Origin: an uncultured Clostridium sp.
GTDB lineage: Bacteria > Bacillota > Clostridia > Lachnospirales > Lachnospiraceae
DNA length: 64,000 nucleotides
Assembly (NCBI GenBank): GCA_947644195.1
Contig: CANRZB010000007.1
Span: 7,107-71,106 of the forward strand
Direction: 5' to 3'
Shown here: in pieces, positions 27,568-37,996 of the stretch
Numbering within the stretch: the stretch's first letter is position 1
How the letters are laid out: the number at the start of each line of letters is the position of its first letter
Notes under the pieces: model-generated
Databases searched by the model: none
The model's input: the letters and a program-made list of their open reading frames with translations, nothing else
Told to the model about the DNA's origin: nothing
Made by a program: the position numbers and the translations under genes

Positions 27568-28453
27568 AGGGGAAGTAACATCTTCTATCGAACAAATCAG
27601 AGAGAAATTAAATCGAGCGGATGCGATCGTGATTGGCGCGGGGTCGGGACTGTCAACATCTGCCGGATTTACTTATTCCGGGAAACGCTTTGAAGACTAC
27701 TTCTCGGACTTTATCGAAAAATATGGTTTCAAGGATATGTATTCTGGTGGGTTTCATCCATACGATACACTGGAAGAACATTGGGCATACTGGAGCCGGT
27801 ATATTTATATCAATCGGTATATGGATGCCCCAAAACCAGTCTATCATAAACTGTACGATCTGGTGAAAGACAAAGATTATTTCGTGCTGACAACGAATGT
27901 GGATCATTGTTTCCAAAAGACCGGTTTTGATAAAGACCGACTTTTCTACACCCAGGGGGATTATGGTCTGTTCCAGTGTAGTAAACCTTGTCATCGGAAT
28001 ACTTACAACAATGAGGCTATTATTCGGGAAATGGTTGAAGCACAAGGCTATGTTATTGATACGAATGGTACATTGATTCTGCCGGAAGGCGTATCGCTTA
28101 AAATGACGGTTCCGTCAGACCTTATTCCGTATTGCCCGAAGTGTGGGGAGCCCATGAGCGTGAATCTCCGGGCAGACCATACTTTTGTAGAGGATGAAGG
28201 ATGGCATCAGGCTTCGGAACGGTATGTAGAATTTCTCCGCAGACATCAGAATGAGAAAGTGATGTTTTTAGAGGCAGCAGTTGGATTCAATACACCAGCA
28301 ATAGTAAAATACAGCTTTTGGCGCATGGCACACGAATGGAAAGATGCGGTTTATGTCTGCCTGAACTTTGGAGAGGCATATGCGCCTTATGAAATAAAAA
28401 AGAAATCTATTTGTATCAATGGAGACATTGGAGAAATTTTGTATCAGCTTTAG
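27518..28453 (+). CDS. Class M sirtuin (SirTM) NAD-dependent ADP-ribosyltransferase
   Basis: GAGSGLSTSAG, TTNVDH, FYTQGDY (Gln in place of the catalytic His), CSKPC / CPKC Zn sites. Overlaps the macrodomain gene by 50 bp and has an internal GGAGGTG RBS. Confidence 0.88.
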   Translation: MFSKTVITKSTNNSWDKGEVTSSIEQIREKLNRADAIVIGAGSGLSTSAGFTYSGKRFEDYFSDFIEKYGFKDMYSGGFHPYDTLEEHWAYWSRYIYINRYMDAPKPVYHKLYDLVKDKDYFVLTTNVDHCFQKTGFDKDRLFYTQGDYGLFQCSKPCHRNTYNNEAIIREMVEAQGYVIDTNGTLILPEGVSLKMTVPSDLIPYCPKCGEPMSVNLRADHTFVEDEGWHQASERYVEFLRRHQNEKVMFLEAAVGFNTPAIVKYSFWRMAHEWKDAVYVCLNFGEAYAPYEIKKKSICINGDIGEILYQL

Positions 28454-28504
28454 GTAAAAAATCTGCAAATCCTGACCGTCCTGAGGTTAAGAAATATGAA
28501 TTAC

Positions 28505-28567
28505 TTGACAAAAATACCCTATGGGGGTATATTGTGCAAAGAGGCAATATACCCCCATAGGGTATTT
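28505..28567 (+). promoter_or_regulatory. csoR-copA promoter with two CsoR-type operators
   Basis: TTGACA-N17-TATATT. Perfect 23-bp inverted repeat (28512-28534 / 28545-28567), each arm containing ATAC-C-tract-G-tract-GTAT. Confidence 0.8.
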
Positions 28568-28591
28568 AGGGTTTCAGAAAAGAGGAATTTT

Positions 28592-28903
28592 ATGGCAGAA
28601 AAGCAAAAGAAATGTTGTCAGACGCATAAGACAAAAGAGCGCTCCGAGAAAGAATATCAGGATTTGATCCACCGCTTAAACCGAATTGAGGGGCAAATTC
28701 GCGGAATCCGTGGCATGGTGGAAAAGGACGCTTATTGTACGGATATTCTAATGCAGGTGGCGGCCGCCAATGCCGCTCTAAATAGCTTTAACAAAATTTT
28801 GTTGTCCAATCACATAAAAACCTGTGTGACGAGGGATATTAAAGAAGGAAAGGAAGAGACAGTGGACGAATTAATCGGGATGCTGCAAAAATTAATGAAG
28901 TAG
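28592..28903 (+). CDS. csoR: CsoR family copper-sensing repressor
   Basis: RLNRIEGQIRGI, YCTDILMQ, HIKTCV. Start corrected to 28592. Confidence 0.93.
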   Translation: MAEKQKKCCQTHKTKERSEKEYQDLIHRLNRIEGQIRGIRGMVEKDAYCTDILMQVAAANAALNSFNKILLSNHIKTCVTRDIKEGKEETVDELIGMLQKLMK

Positions 28904-28977
28904 TGCTAGTGTTTCACATGGCGCTTTGTATCTATGTGCTGCCTGGTGCAAAGCAATTTTTACGAAACATCCAGCGA

Positions 28978-29014
28978 CGTCGGAGACGGAGAATTTTGCT
29001 TTGCGAAACTCTTT
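28978..29014. repeat. Partial copy of the palindromic element at 15885-15921
   Basis: 33 of 37 nt identical: CGTCGGAGACGGAGAATTTTGCTTTGCGAAACTCTTT. Confidence 0.7.
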
Positions 29015-29051
29015 GCTTTGAGTAAGAGGCAGCGCAGAGGAGAGGATTTGT

Positions 29052-31610
29052 ATGGAACAATATGCAGTGACAGGGATGAGTTGTGCAGCGTGTAGTGCCA
29101 GAGTGGAAAAAGCAGTATCCGCAGTTTCCGGGGTACAGTCCGTATCGGTTAGCCTTCTGACTAATTCTATGGGTGTAGAAGGAATAGCAGAACCGGCAGC
29201 TGTGATCCAGGCTGTACAGGAGGCGGGGTATGGTGCTTCACAGAAAGGAAAGGGGACAGATACCCAGGAAAATAATACATCGGATGCATTAGAGGCTTTG
29301 CAGGACCATGATACCCCGGTATTGAGGAAGCGGTTCATCGTTTCTGTTTTTTTTCTACTGGTTTTGATGTATTTTTCGATGGGGGCAATGATGTGGGGCT
29401 GGCCGTTGCCGTCTTATTTCGCAGATAACCATGTGGCGATGGGATTGCTACAACTCTTGCTGACTGTGATTATTATGGTGGTAAATCAGAAGTTTTTTAT
29501 CAGTGGTTTTCGTAGTTTGTGGCACAGGGCCCCCAATATGGATACGCTAGTAGCGTTAGGGGCTGGAGCAGCATTTATCTATAGCACATATGCATTATTT
29601 GCTATGACGGATGCACAGGTGCACCATGGAATGGAAGCGGCCATGCATTATATGCATGAATTTTATTTTGAGTCCGCGGCCATGATCCTGACCCTGATTA
29701 CGGTGGGGAAGATGTTGGAAGCCCGCTCTAAGGGGAAGACCACGGACGCCTTAAAGGGATTGATGAAACTGGCACCGCAAACGGCAACGGTAGTGCAGGA
29801 TGGTGTTGAGACAGAGGTTGGCATTGAACAGGTAAAGATCGGGGATCATTTTGTGGTACGTCCGGGTGAAAATATACCTGTGGACGGAATTGTCCTGGAA
29901 GGAAGTAGTGCGGTGAATGAATCGGCGCTGACTGGCGAAAGTATTCCTGTAGATAAGGAAACAGGAGATACCGTGTCGGCGGCAACGGTGAATCAGTCCG
30001 GTTTTCTTCGCTGTGAAGCGACCAGAGTAGGGAGGGATACTACTCTTTCCCAGATAATTCAGATGGTTAGTGATGCCGCCGCAACCAAAGCACCAATTGC
30101 AAAAGTAGCGGATCAGGTATCCGGGATCTTTGTGCCGGTTGTGATTGGGATTGCTCTATTGACGATTGCAGTCTGGCTTCTGGCAGGGCAGACTGTGGGA
30201 TATGCATTAGCAAGGGGAATCTCCGTTTTGGTTATCAGCTGTCCCTGTGCTTTGGGACTGGCGACTCCGGTTGCCATTATGGTAGGGAATGGCGTAGGCG
30301 CCAGACACGGCATTATGTTTAAAAATGCGGTGTCTCTGGAACAGACCGGAAAGATGCAGATCATTGCCCTGGATAAGACCGGAACGATTACCAATGGGGA
30401 AGCCAGGGTAACGGATCTCTTGCCAGCGGACGGAGTTCCGGAAAAAGATTTGTTGTACTATGCCTATGCACTGGAGCGTCACAGCGAGCATCCTCTGGCA
30501 AAAGCAATTCTGCTGTATGGACAGGAACATGGGGTGCAGGAGACAGAAGTCCGAGATTTTTCGGCAGTGCCAGGTAACGGACTGCGGGCAGTTTTTGAGG
30601 GAAGCTCCCTTGCCGGAGGGAATGAGCGTTTTATTTCCGAACAGGCCCCAATACCGGGAACAGTCAGGAAACAGGCAGAACAGTTGGCGGAAGCAGGAAA
30701 AACACCATTATTTTTTGCTAGAAACGGCAGATTGCTGGGTGTGATTGCAGTGGCGGATGTGATGAAAGAAGACAGCATACAAGCGGTGAAAGAATTGCAG
30801 GGAATGGGATTGTATGTTGTAATGCTGACAGGAGATAACGAGAGGACAGCGCAGGCAATTGGTGCGCAGGCAGGTGTCGATGAAGTCATTGCGGGAGTAT
30901 TGCCGGATGGAAAAGAGAATGTGATTCGGCATTTCCAAAAACAGGGAAAGGTAGCCATGGTGGGGGATGGAATCAACGACGCCCCTGCGCTGACCAGGGC
31001 GGATATGGGAATTGCCATTGGTGCCGGCACAGATATTGCGATTGATGCGGCAGATGTGGTTTTGATGAAAAGCAGGTTGCGTGATGTACCGGCTGCCATT
31101 CGCTTAAGTCGTGCTACCCTGCGAAATATCCATCAGAATTTATTTTGGGCTTTTTTCTACAATGTCGTGGGAATTCCATTAGCAGCCGGCTTGTGGATTC
31201 CGTTGTTTCACTGGGAATTGAACCCGATGTTTGGTGCAGCGGCAATGAGCTTATCCAGTTTTTGTGTCGTGACGAATGCATTGCGGTTGAACCTTTGCCG
31301 GCTCTTTGATGCCAGCAGAGATAAAAAAATAAAAACCAGGTATGCCGGGGAAACGGTTTTGGCTGATGCCCCGGACACCAACCAAAAGGAGGAAAACAGG
31401 ATGAGTAAAACCATGAAAATTGAAGGAATGATGTGCGGACACTGTGAGGCGTCTGTTAAGAAAGCGTTAGAAGCGCTGGATCAGGTAGAGAAGGCAGAGG
31501 TCAGTCACGAAGCTGGTACGGCGGTGGTGACGCTGAAATCAGATGTGGGGGACGCAGTCTTGGCGAAAGCAGTGGAAGACCAGGATTACAAAGTACTGGG
31601 GATTGAGTAA
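29052..31610 (+). CDS. copA: Cu(I)-translocating P1B ATPase with N- and C-terminal HMA domains
   Basis: [41 protein letters not shown] and MSLSS motifs, C-terminal GMMCGHC. Confidence 0.95.
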   Translation: MEQYAVTGMSCAACSARVEKAVSAVSGVQSVSVSLLTNSMGVEGIAEPAAVIQAVQEAGYGASQKGKGTDTQENNTSDALEALQDHDTPVLRKRFIVSVFFLLVLMYFSMGAMMWGWPLPSYFADNHVAMGLLQLLLTVIIMVVNQKFFISGFRSLWHRAPNMDTLVALGAGAAFIYSTYALFAMTDAQVHHGMEAAMHYMHEFYFESAAMILTLITVGKMLEARSKGKTTDALKGLMKLAPQTATVVQDGVETEVGIEQVKIGDHFVVRPGENIPVDGIVLEGSSAVNESALTGESIPVDKETGDTVSAATVNQSGFLRCEATRVGRDTTLSQIIQMVSDAAATKAPIAKVADQVSGIFVPVVIGIALLTIAVWLLAGQTVGYALARGISVLVISCPCALGLATPVAIMVGNGVGARHGIMFKNAVSLEQTGKMQIIALDKTGTITNGEARVTDLLPADGVPEKDLLYYAYALERHSEHPLAKAILLYGQEHGVQETEVRDFSAVPGNGLRAVFEGSSLAGGNERFISEQAPIPGTVRKQAEQLAEAGKTPLFFARNGRLLGVIAVADVMKEDSIQAVKELQGMGLYVVMLTGDNERTAQAIGAQAGVDEVIAGVLPDGKENVIRHFQKQGKVAMVGDGINDAPALTRADMGIAIGAGTDIAIDAADVVLMKSRLRDVPAAIRLSRATLRNIHQNLFWAFFYNVVGIPLAAGLWIPLFHWELNPMFGAAAMSLSSFCVVTNALRLNLCRLFDASRDKKIKTRYAGETVLADAPDTNQKEENRMSKTMKIEGMMCGHCEASVKKALEALDQVEKAEVSHEAGTAVVTLKSDVGDAVLAKAVEDQDYKVLGIE

Positions 31611-31656
31611 ACCCACGGGGAACCGAGGAATATCAATGAGACTCTGGTGGAGTTTT

Positions 31657-31787
31657 TGCAATTATAATGTTGTTGTAGGATAGTTGGTGCAGGGAATACG
31701 AGAGGAATCAAAAGGAGATTTCGTATTCCCTGTATTTTTGTGGTTAGTGGAATAAATATCGTTGCATTAGCGGATTTAATCTAGTAC
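31657..31787 (+). repeat. 131-bp direct repeat, left copy (terminator plus promoter)
   Basis: Aligns without gaps to 33715-33845. Contains the hairpin CAGGGAATACGA/TCGTATTCCCTG followed by a T-tract. TTGCAT-N17-TACAAT at 31762-31790 straddles its end. Confidence 0.9.
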
Positions 31788-31824
31788 AATATCCCATAAA
31801 AGCAGACGGAAAGCAGGTGGTAGA

Positions 31825-33558
31825 ATGGAAAGGACAGTTACATCCGCCAATCCGGTGCCGAAGAAGGGCAGAACGGTAGCCATTGGAGTGCAGGATTTTG
31901 AAAAATTAATCTCCAATAATTGTTTTTATATTGATAAAACAGCGTTTATTCAGGAATGGTGGGAAAGTAATGATGAGGTTACGCTGATTACCAGGCCCAG
32001 ACGTTTTGGCAAAACTTTGAATATGAATATGCTGGAACGTTTTTTTAGCAATCGGTACCAGGGGCAGGGTGAGATATTTGAGCATCTGGATATTTGGAAC
32101 AAAGAGAAGTACAGAAAGTTGCAGGGGACTTATCCGGTTGTGTTTCTGTCTTTTGCCGGAATCAAGGAGAGAAATATAGAGGATGCCATAGAAAATATGA
32201 ACTCTAATTTGGTAAGCCTGTATAATCAAAACCGTTTTCTGTTAGAAGAAGAGTTCTTAAACCCGGTGGAACAGGAACAGTTTCAATCCGTTACAATAGG
32301 GATGTCCCATGTTACAGCAGCGAAGTCTATTCATTTTTTATGCAGTTATCTCTATAAATACTACGGCAAAAAAGTCATTATCCTGCTGGACGAATATGAC
32401 ACGCCTTTGCAGGAGACATATGTAAATGGCTATTGGGAAGAGCTGGTGGGCTTTACCCGGTCATTGTTTAATAATACCTTTAAGACCAATCCTTATCTGG
32501 AACGGGCGGTAATGACAGGGATTACTAGAGTTAGCAAAGAGTCTATGTTTTCTGATCTAAATAACCTAAAAGTTGTAACAATGCAATCTGATAAATATGC
32601 CTCTTATTTTGGCTTTACGGAGGCAGAGGTATTTGCTGCAATGAAGGAATTTGGATTAGCTAATCAAGAGGAAGTTAAATTCTGGTATGATGGATTTACC
32701 GTTGGGGATCATAAAGACATCTACAATCCATGGTCCATTATTAGTTTTCTGGATGAACGGAAGCTGGACACCTATTGGGCCAACACCAGTTCCAACAGTC
32801 TGGTGGGGAGTCTGGTACGGACGGGGGATATAGAGATAAAAATGCAGTTTGAAGATTTGCTACAGGGAAAGACCATTCACAGTGACATTGATGATGAAAT
32901 GGTTTTCAATCAACTGGATGACCATGATGCCAGTGCTGTATGGAGCCTGCTGTTTGCCAGCGGATACCTTAAGGCAGTGAAGATACAGGGCGAACGTTAT
33001 GAGCTGGAACTGACGAATTATGAAGTGCACAGGATGTTTGAAACCATGGTAAAAGGCTGGCTCCGAAAAGACAGTATCCACTATAACCAGTTTGTCAAGG
33101 CAATGTTGCAGGCGGATGTGGAATTTATGAATGAGTATATGAACCGTTTTGCACTCAGCGCCATCAGTTATTTTGATGTGGGAGGAAAACCTTCAGACCA
33201 GGTGGAACCGGAGCGGTTCTATCATGGCTTTGTTCTGGGGCTGTTGGTAGACCTTCGGGGGAGGTATGAAGTTCTGTCCAACCGGGAGAGTGGATTTGGG
33301 CGTTACGATGTCATGCTGAAACCACTGAATGACACAGATGACGGCATTATTCTGGAATTTAAGGTTTATAATGCCAGAAAAGAAAAAGATCTGCAAGAAA
33401 CGGTGCAGGCGGCATTGCAGCAGATTCAGGATAAAAAATATGATCAGTCCCTGTTAGACCAGGGGATTGCAAAGGAGCGGATACGGCAGTATGGTTTTGC
33501 GTTCCGGGGGAAGGAGATTTTGATTGGCGATGGCTCCCAAGAGGACGTGGCTGATTGA
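31825..33558 (+). CDS. AAA-ATPase-like plus PD-(D/E)XK nuclease domain protein
   Basis: Walker A RPRRFGKT, Walker B ILLDEYD, WYDG, YNPWS, C-terminal RESGFGRYDVML...ILEFK. Confidence 0.9.
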   Translation: MERTVTSANPVPKKGRTVAIGVQDFEKLISNNCFYIDKTAFIQEWWESNDEVTLITRPRRFGKTLNMNMLERFFSNRYQGQGEIFEHLDIWNKEKYRKLQGTYPVVFLSFAGIKERNIEDAIENMNSNLVSLYNQNRFLLEEEFLNPVEQEQFQSVTIGMSHVTAAKSIHFLCSYLYKYYGKKVIILLDEYDTPLQETYVNGYWEELVGFTRSLFNNTFKTNPYLERAVMTGITRVSKESMFSDLNNLKVVTMQSDKYASYFGFTEAEVFAAMKEFGLANQEEVKFWYDGFTVGDHKDIYNPWSIISFLDERKLDTYWANTSSNSLVGSLVRTGDIEIKMQFEDLLQGKTIHSDIDDEMVFNQLDDHDASAVWSLLFASGYLKAVKIQGERYELELTNYEVHRMFETMVKGWLRKDSIHYNQFVKAMLQADVEFMNEYMNRFALSAISYFDVGGKPSDQVEPERFYHGFVLGLLVDLRGRYEVLSNRESGFGRYDVMLKPLNDTDDGIILEFKVYNARKEKDLQETVQAALQQIQDKKYDQSLLDQGIAKERIRQYGFAFRGKEILIGDGSQEDVAD

Positions 33559-33714
33559 TCTGGTTTAGGAAAGGCTCTGCGATTACTGGAAGAAATTACT
33601 TGCTTGACAATGGGAATTCCTTTGGCTGAAAAAGCCAGGGAAGTGGAATTGGCTGGTAATGACATACCGGAAAGGGAAGAAAAAGACGGTCAAGTTTAAA
33701 ATCAAATAAATTGC

Positions 33715-33845
33715 TGCAATTAAAAGGTTGCTGTAGGATGGTAGGTACAGGGAATACGAGAGGAATCAAAAGGAGATTTCGTATTCCCTGTATTTTTGTG
33801 GTTAGCGGAATAAATATCGTTGCCTTAGCGGATTTAATCTAGTAC
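33715..33845 (+). repeat. 131-bp direct repeat, right copy
   Basis: Same sequence as 31657-31787, but the -10 box is broken (TACTTG). Confidence 0.9.
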
Positions 33846-33867
33846 TTGGCTTTGTAAGAAAATTTCA

Positions 33868-33896
33868 TTGCGTTTGCATAAAGATAATGTTATACT
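33868..33896 (+). promoter_or_regulatory. secA promoter
   Basis: TTGCGT-N17-TATACT with an extended TG. Confidence 0.65.
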
Positions 33897-33986
33897 TGAG
33901 AATGGTTTGTAATATTTTGAGGGGAGAGGACGTGGGATTGATCGATGAATGTCCTCTGACAGGAACAAAAGTTAGGAGAGAATTTC

Positions 33987-36551
33987 ATGAGTGTATTTAC
34001 GAAGATTTTTGGAACACACAGTCAACATGAAGTAAAACGTGTCATGCCTATCGTGGAACGAATCGAGGCGATGGCGCCGGAATACGAGAAACTCAGTGAT
34101 GCTGAATTGCAGGCGAAAACGCCGGAGTTCAAGGAGCGTCTGGCGGCGGGGGAGACTTTGGATGATCTTCTGCCGGAAGCGTATGCGACTGTCCGGGAGG
34201 CAGCTACCCGTGTTCTGGGGATGCGTCATTATCAGGTACAGCTCATCGGTGGCGTGATCCTGCATCAGGGCCGAATTACCGAGATGCGTACCGGTGAAGG
34301 TAAGACGTTGGTATCTACGTTGCCAGCCTATCTCAATGCTTTGGAGGGCAAAGGTGTCCATATCGTCACAGTCAATGACTATCTGGCAAAACGTGATGCG
34401 GAATGGATGGGACAGGTTCATGAATTTTTGGGATTAAGCGTGGGTGTGATTCTGAATTCTATGGATAATGATGAGCGCCGGGAAGCTTATAATTGCGACA
34501 TTACCTATGCGACAAATAATGAGCTGGGATTTGATTACCTGAGGGATAACATGGTGGTCTACAAGGCTGATCTGGTACAGAGATCCCTGCATTATGCGAT
34601 TATTGATGAGGTGGACTCGGTATTGATTGACGAGGCGCGTACCCCGTTGATTATTTCCGGGCAGAGCGGCAAATCCACGAAATTGTATGAGGCATGTGAT
34701 ATCTTTGTGAAGCAGTTGACCCGCGGACAAGCCAAAGAATTATCCAAGATGGATATTCTGATGAATGAAGAGGAAGAGGAAACCGGCGATTATGTTGTCG
34801 ATGAAAAGGATAAGAATGTCAATCTGACCGAAGAGGGTGTGCGCAAAGCAGAGCGGTTCTTCCAGGTGGAGAATCTAGCGGATCCGGACAATCTGGAATT
34901 ACAGCATAATATTAATCTGGCGTTGCGTGCTCATTCCCTGATGGCAAGGGATAAAGATTACGTGGTTAATGACGATGAAGTTTTGATTGTCGATGAATTT
35001 ACCGGACGAATTATGCCAGGGCGCCGTTTCTCAGACGGTCTGCATCAGGCGATTGAGGCGAAGGAACATGTCAAGGTCAAGAGAGAGAGCAAGACATTAG
35101 CGACGATTACTTTCCAGAACTTCTTTAATAAATATGAAAAGAAATCCGGTATGACCGGTACGGCGTTGACGGAGGAAAAGGAGTTCCGCGAGATCTATGA
35201 GATGGATGTGGTGGAAGTGCCAACCAATCTTCCCGTTGCCCGTATTGATTATAATGATGCGGTTTATAAGACCAAAGAGGATAAATTTAATGCAGTCATT
35301 GCGGATATTGTGGAAGCGCATGAAAAGGGGCAGCCTGTTCTGGTAGGTACGATCACGATTGACACCTCAGAGTATCTGAGCGCTAAATTGCAGCGCAAGG
35401 GAATTCCACACAAGGTGTTGAATGCAAAGTTCCATGAATTGGAGGCGGAGATTATTGCTGATGCCGGCCAGATGGGGGCAGTTACGATTGCAACCAATAT
35501 GGCGGGTCGTGGTACGGATATTAAATTAGGTGAAGGAGTAACTGAGCTGGGCGGTCTCAAGATTATCGGAACAGAGCGGCATGAGTCACGCCGTATTGAT
35601 AATCAGCTCCGTGGACGTTCCGGTAGACAGGGAGATCCCGGGGAATCCCGTTTTTATATTTCTCTGGAAGACGATTTGATGCGTCTGTTTGGTTCCGAAC
35701 GTCTGATGGGATTATTTGAGGCAATGCCCGATGGAGAGCAGGTAGAGCACAAGATGTTATCCAGTGCGATCGAAAATGCCCAGAAAAAGATTGAGGGAAA
35801 TAACTTCGGTATCCGTAAAAATCTGTTGGAATATGACCGTGTCAACAATGAGCAGCGTGAGGTAATTTATGCAGAGCGCCGCCGGGTGTTAGATGGGGAA
35901 AGCATGCGGGATACCATTTACAAGATGATTACTGATGTGGTGGAATCCTGTGTCAATTCGGTAATTCCAGAGGATGGCAATGCCGAAGAATGGGATATGA
36001 AAGAATTGAATCATGTGCTGCGCCAGACGATTCCGATGGATAAGGTAAGACTGACGGAAGAACAGAAAAAGCATGCTACGAGAAAAGAACTCCTGCAGCA
36101 GATGAAAGAGGAAGCGGTCAAGGTCTATGAGGCAAAAGAAGCAGAATTTCCGGAGGCAGACCAGATCCGTGAAATTGAGCGTATCATTCTTCTGCGAATC
36201 ATTGACCGGAAATGGATGGATCATATTGATGATATGGATCAGCTTCGCCAGGGAATTGGCTTGCAGGCATACGGCCAACGTGATCCGGTACTGGAGTACA
36301 AGTTTGCCGGATTTGAAATGTTTAACGATATGATTGACTCTATCAGCGAAGAAACCGTTAAGGCATTGACCCATATCCAAATTGAGCAGAAGGTGGAGCG
36401 GGAGCAGGTGGCAAAGCCGACTGGAACAAATAAAGATGAAAGTTTAGCTGCTACACCGAAGCGCCGAACTACCAAGAAAATCCAGCCAAATGATCCGTGT
36501 CCATGTGGCAGCGGACGGAAATATAAACAGTGTTGTGGGAAAAGGGCATAA
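33987..36551 (+). CDS. secA: Preprotein translocase ATPase SecA
   Basis: [37 protein letters not shown]-terminal [13 protein letters not shown]. Confidence 0.98.
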   Translation: MSVFTKIFGTHSQHEVKRVMPIVERIEAMAPEYEKLSDAELQAKTPEFKERLAAGETLDDLLPEAYATVREAATRVLGMRHYQVQLIGGVILHQGRITEMRTGEGKTLVSTLPAYLNALEGKGVHIVTVNDYLAKRDAEWMGQVHEFLGLSVGVILNSMDNDERREAYNCDITYATNNELGFDYLRDNMVVYKADLVQRSLHYAIIDEVDSVLIDEARTPLIISGQSGKSTKLYEACDIFVKQLTRGQAKELSKMDILMNEEEEETGDYVVDEKDKNVNLTEEGVRKAERFFQVENLADPDNLELQHNINLALRAHSLMARDKDYVVNDDEVLIVDEFTGRIMPGRRFSDGLHQAIEAKEHVKVKRESKTLATITFQNFFNKYEKKSGMTGTALTEEKEFREIYEMDVVEVPTNLPVARIDYNDAVYKTKEDKFNAVIADIVEAHEKGQPVLVGTITIDTSEYLSAKLQRKGIPHKVLNAKFHELEAEIIADAGQMGAVTIATNMAGRGTDIKLGEGVTELGGLKIIGTERHESRRIDNQLRGRSGRQGDPGESRFYISLEDDLMRLFGSERLMGLFEAMPDGEQVEHKMLSSAIENAQKKIEGNNFGIRKNLLEYDRVNNEQREVIYAERRRVLDGESMRDTIYKMITDVVESCVNSVIPEDGNAEEWDMKELNHVLRQTIPMDKVRLTEEQKKHATRKELLQQMKEEAVKVYEAKEAEFPEADQIREIERIILLRIIDRKWMDHIDDMDQLRQGIGLQAYGQRDPVLEYKFAGFEMFNDMIDSISEETVKALTHIQIEQKVEREQVAKPTGTNKDESLAATPKRRTTKKIQPNDPCPCGSGRKYKQCCGKRA

Positions 36552-36633
36552 GAGTTGAAGTTTCACTAAGCTCGTAAAACTCGCCAAGTGAAACTAAGTC
36601 AACTCTGGAAGAACGCAAAAGCAGCGTTCTTCC
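36552..36633. repeat. Two adjacent hairpins between secA and prfB
   Basis: GAGTTGA-AGTTTCACT / AGTGAAACT-TCAACTC and GGAAGAACGC / GCGTTCTTCC. No U-tract follows. Confidence 0.55.
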
Positions 36634-36764
36634 CATCGAGATCCGATTGGTTAGTGATGAATTTATAAATGGTTTGTGCTGTGCAAATTCTTCGCATGGA
36701 AAGCCCATTGATTAACGATGTATTTTATGGAGTATTGATTATTTATAGAAAGAAGGTGAGCAAG

Positions 36765-37875
36765 TTGGTAGAATTTGACAATATCAAAATGACATTATCT
36801 AATTACGAACAGCCACTGCTTGAAATGGGGAATTCACTTTGACCTTGCTAACAAGACAGATCGGGTAGAGGAATTAGACAAAACCATGGAAGAACCTGGT
36901 TTTTGGGATGATCCTGAGGGTTCCGCAAGGATTGTGCAGGAGCATAAAAAATTAAAGTCCGTCATTGAGCGTTTTGAAGCGTTGACCGACAGCAGGGATG
37001 ACATGCTGATGTTGATTGAGATTGCGGAGGAAGAGAATGACGGCAGTATTTTGCCGGAGGTTGAGGAGACCTTACAGCGGTTTGAAGAGGATTTTGAATC
37101 TCTTCGGATTGAAACCCTGCTCAGTGGGGAATATGATAAAGACAATGCAATTCTGACGCTGCACGCTGGTGCAGGCGGGACAGAGAGCTGCGACTGGGCA
37201 AGTATGCTTTGCCGGATGTATCAGCGTTGGGCAGAGAAAAAAGGATTCCAGGTAGAAATGTTGGATTTCCAGGATGGTGATGAGGCAGGCTACAAATCTG
37301 TCACGTTACAGATCAATGGAATCAATGCGTATGGTTATCTTCGTTCCGAACATGGTGTGCACCGTTTGGTTCGGATTTCTCCATTTAATGCGGCCGGAAA
37401 GCGTCAGACTTCTTTCGTGTCCTGCGATGTTATGCCGGATATCGAGGAGGATTTGGATGTCGAGATTGCGGATGATGATATCCGAATTGATACTTACCGT
37501 TCCAGTGGTGCGGGTGGACAGCATATTAACAAGACCTCATCGGCAATTCGTATTACACATTTTCCGACCGGAATCGTGGTACAGTGTCAGAATGAGCGTT
37601 CCCAGCATATGAATAAAGATAAGGCAATGCAGATGTTAAAGGCAAAGCTTTTTATTCTCAAACAGCAGGAACAGTTAGAAAAGGCCAGTGGAATCCGTGG
37701 AGAGTCCAAGGAAATCGGCTGGGGCAGCCAGATCCGTTCGTATGTGATGCAGCCCTATACCATGGTAAAGGATCATCGGACGAACGCAGAAATTGGCAAT
37801 GCGCAGAGCGTACTGGATGGAAATTTAGATCCGTTTATCAATGCTTTTTTGGCGTGGAACGGAGCAGGAAATTAA
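36765..37875 (+). CDS. prfB: Peptide chain release factor 2 with programmed +1 frameshift
   Basis: TTG start at 36765 after GAAGGTG. 25 codons end in CTT TGA C (36837-36843); the +1 frame continues DLANK... and contains the SPF and GGQ motifs. Confidence 0.95.
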
Positions 37876-37996
37876 AATAGCCGATGGGATATTTTCGGTT
37901 TTTATGTGTTGTTTGTGCTGCCTGTGGCGGCATGGCTGGAAATGTGTTAGAATTACATGAGCTTCATTGAGATACGATAACAGGGAGGATGAAGAT

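Noticed and set aside
33556-33699. In-frame open extension of about 46 codons after the TGA of the AAA/PD-(D/E)XK gene, a possible readthrough
   Set aside because: An open run of this length is plausible by chance, the protein family already ends before this point, and no motif is visible.
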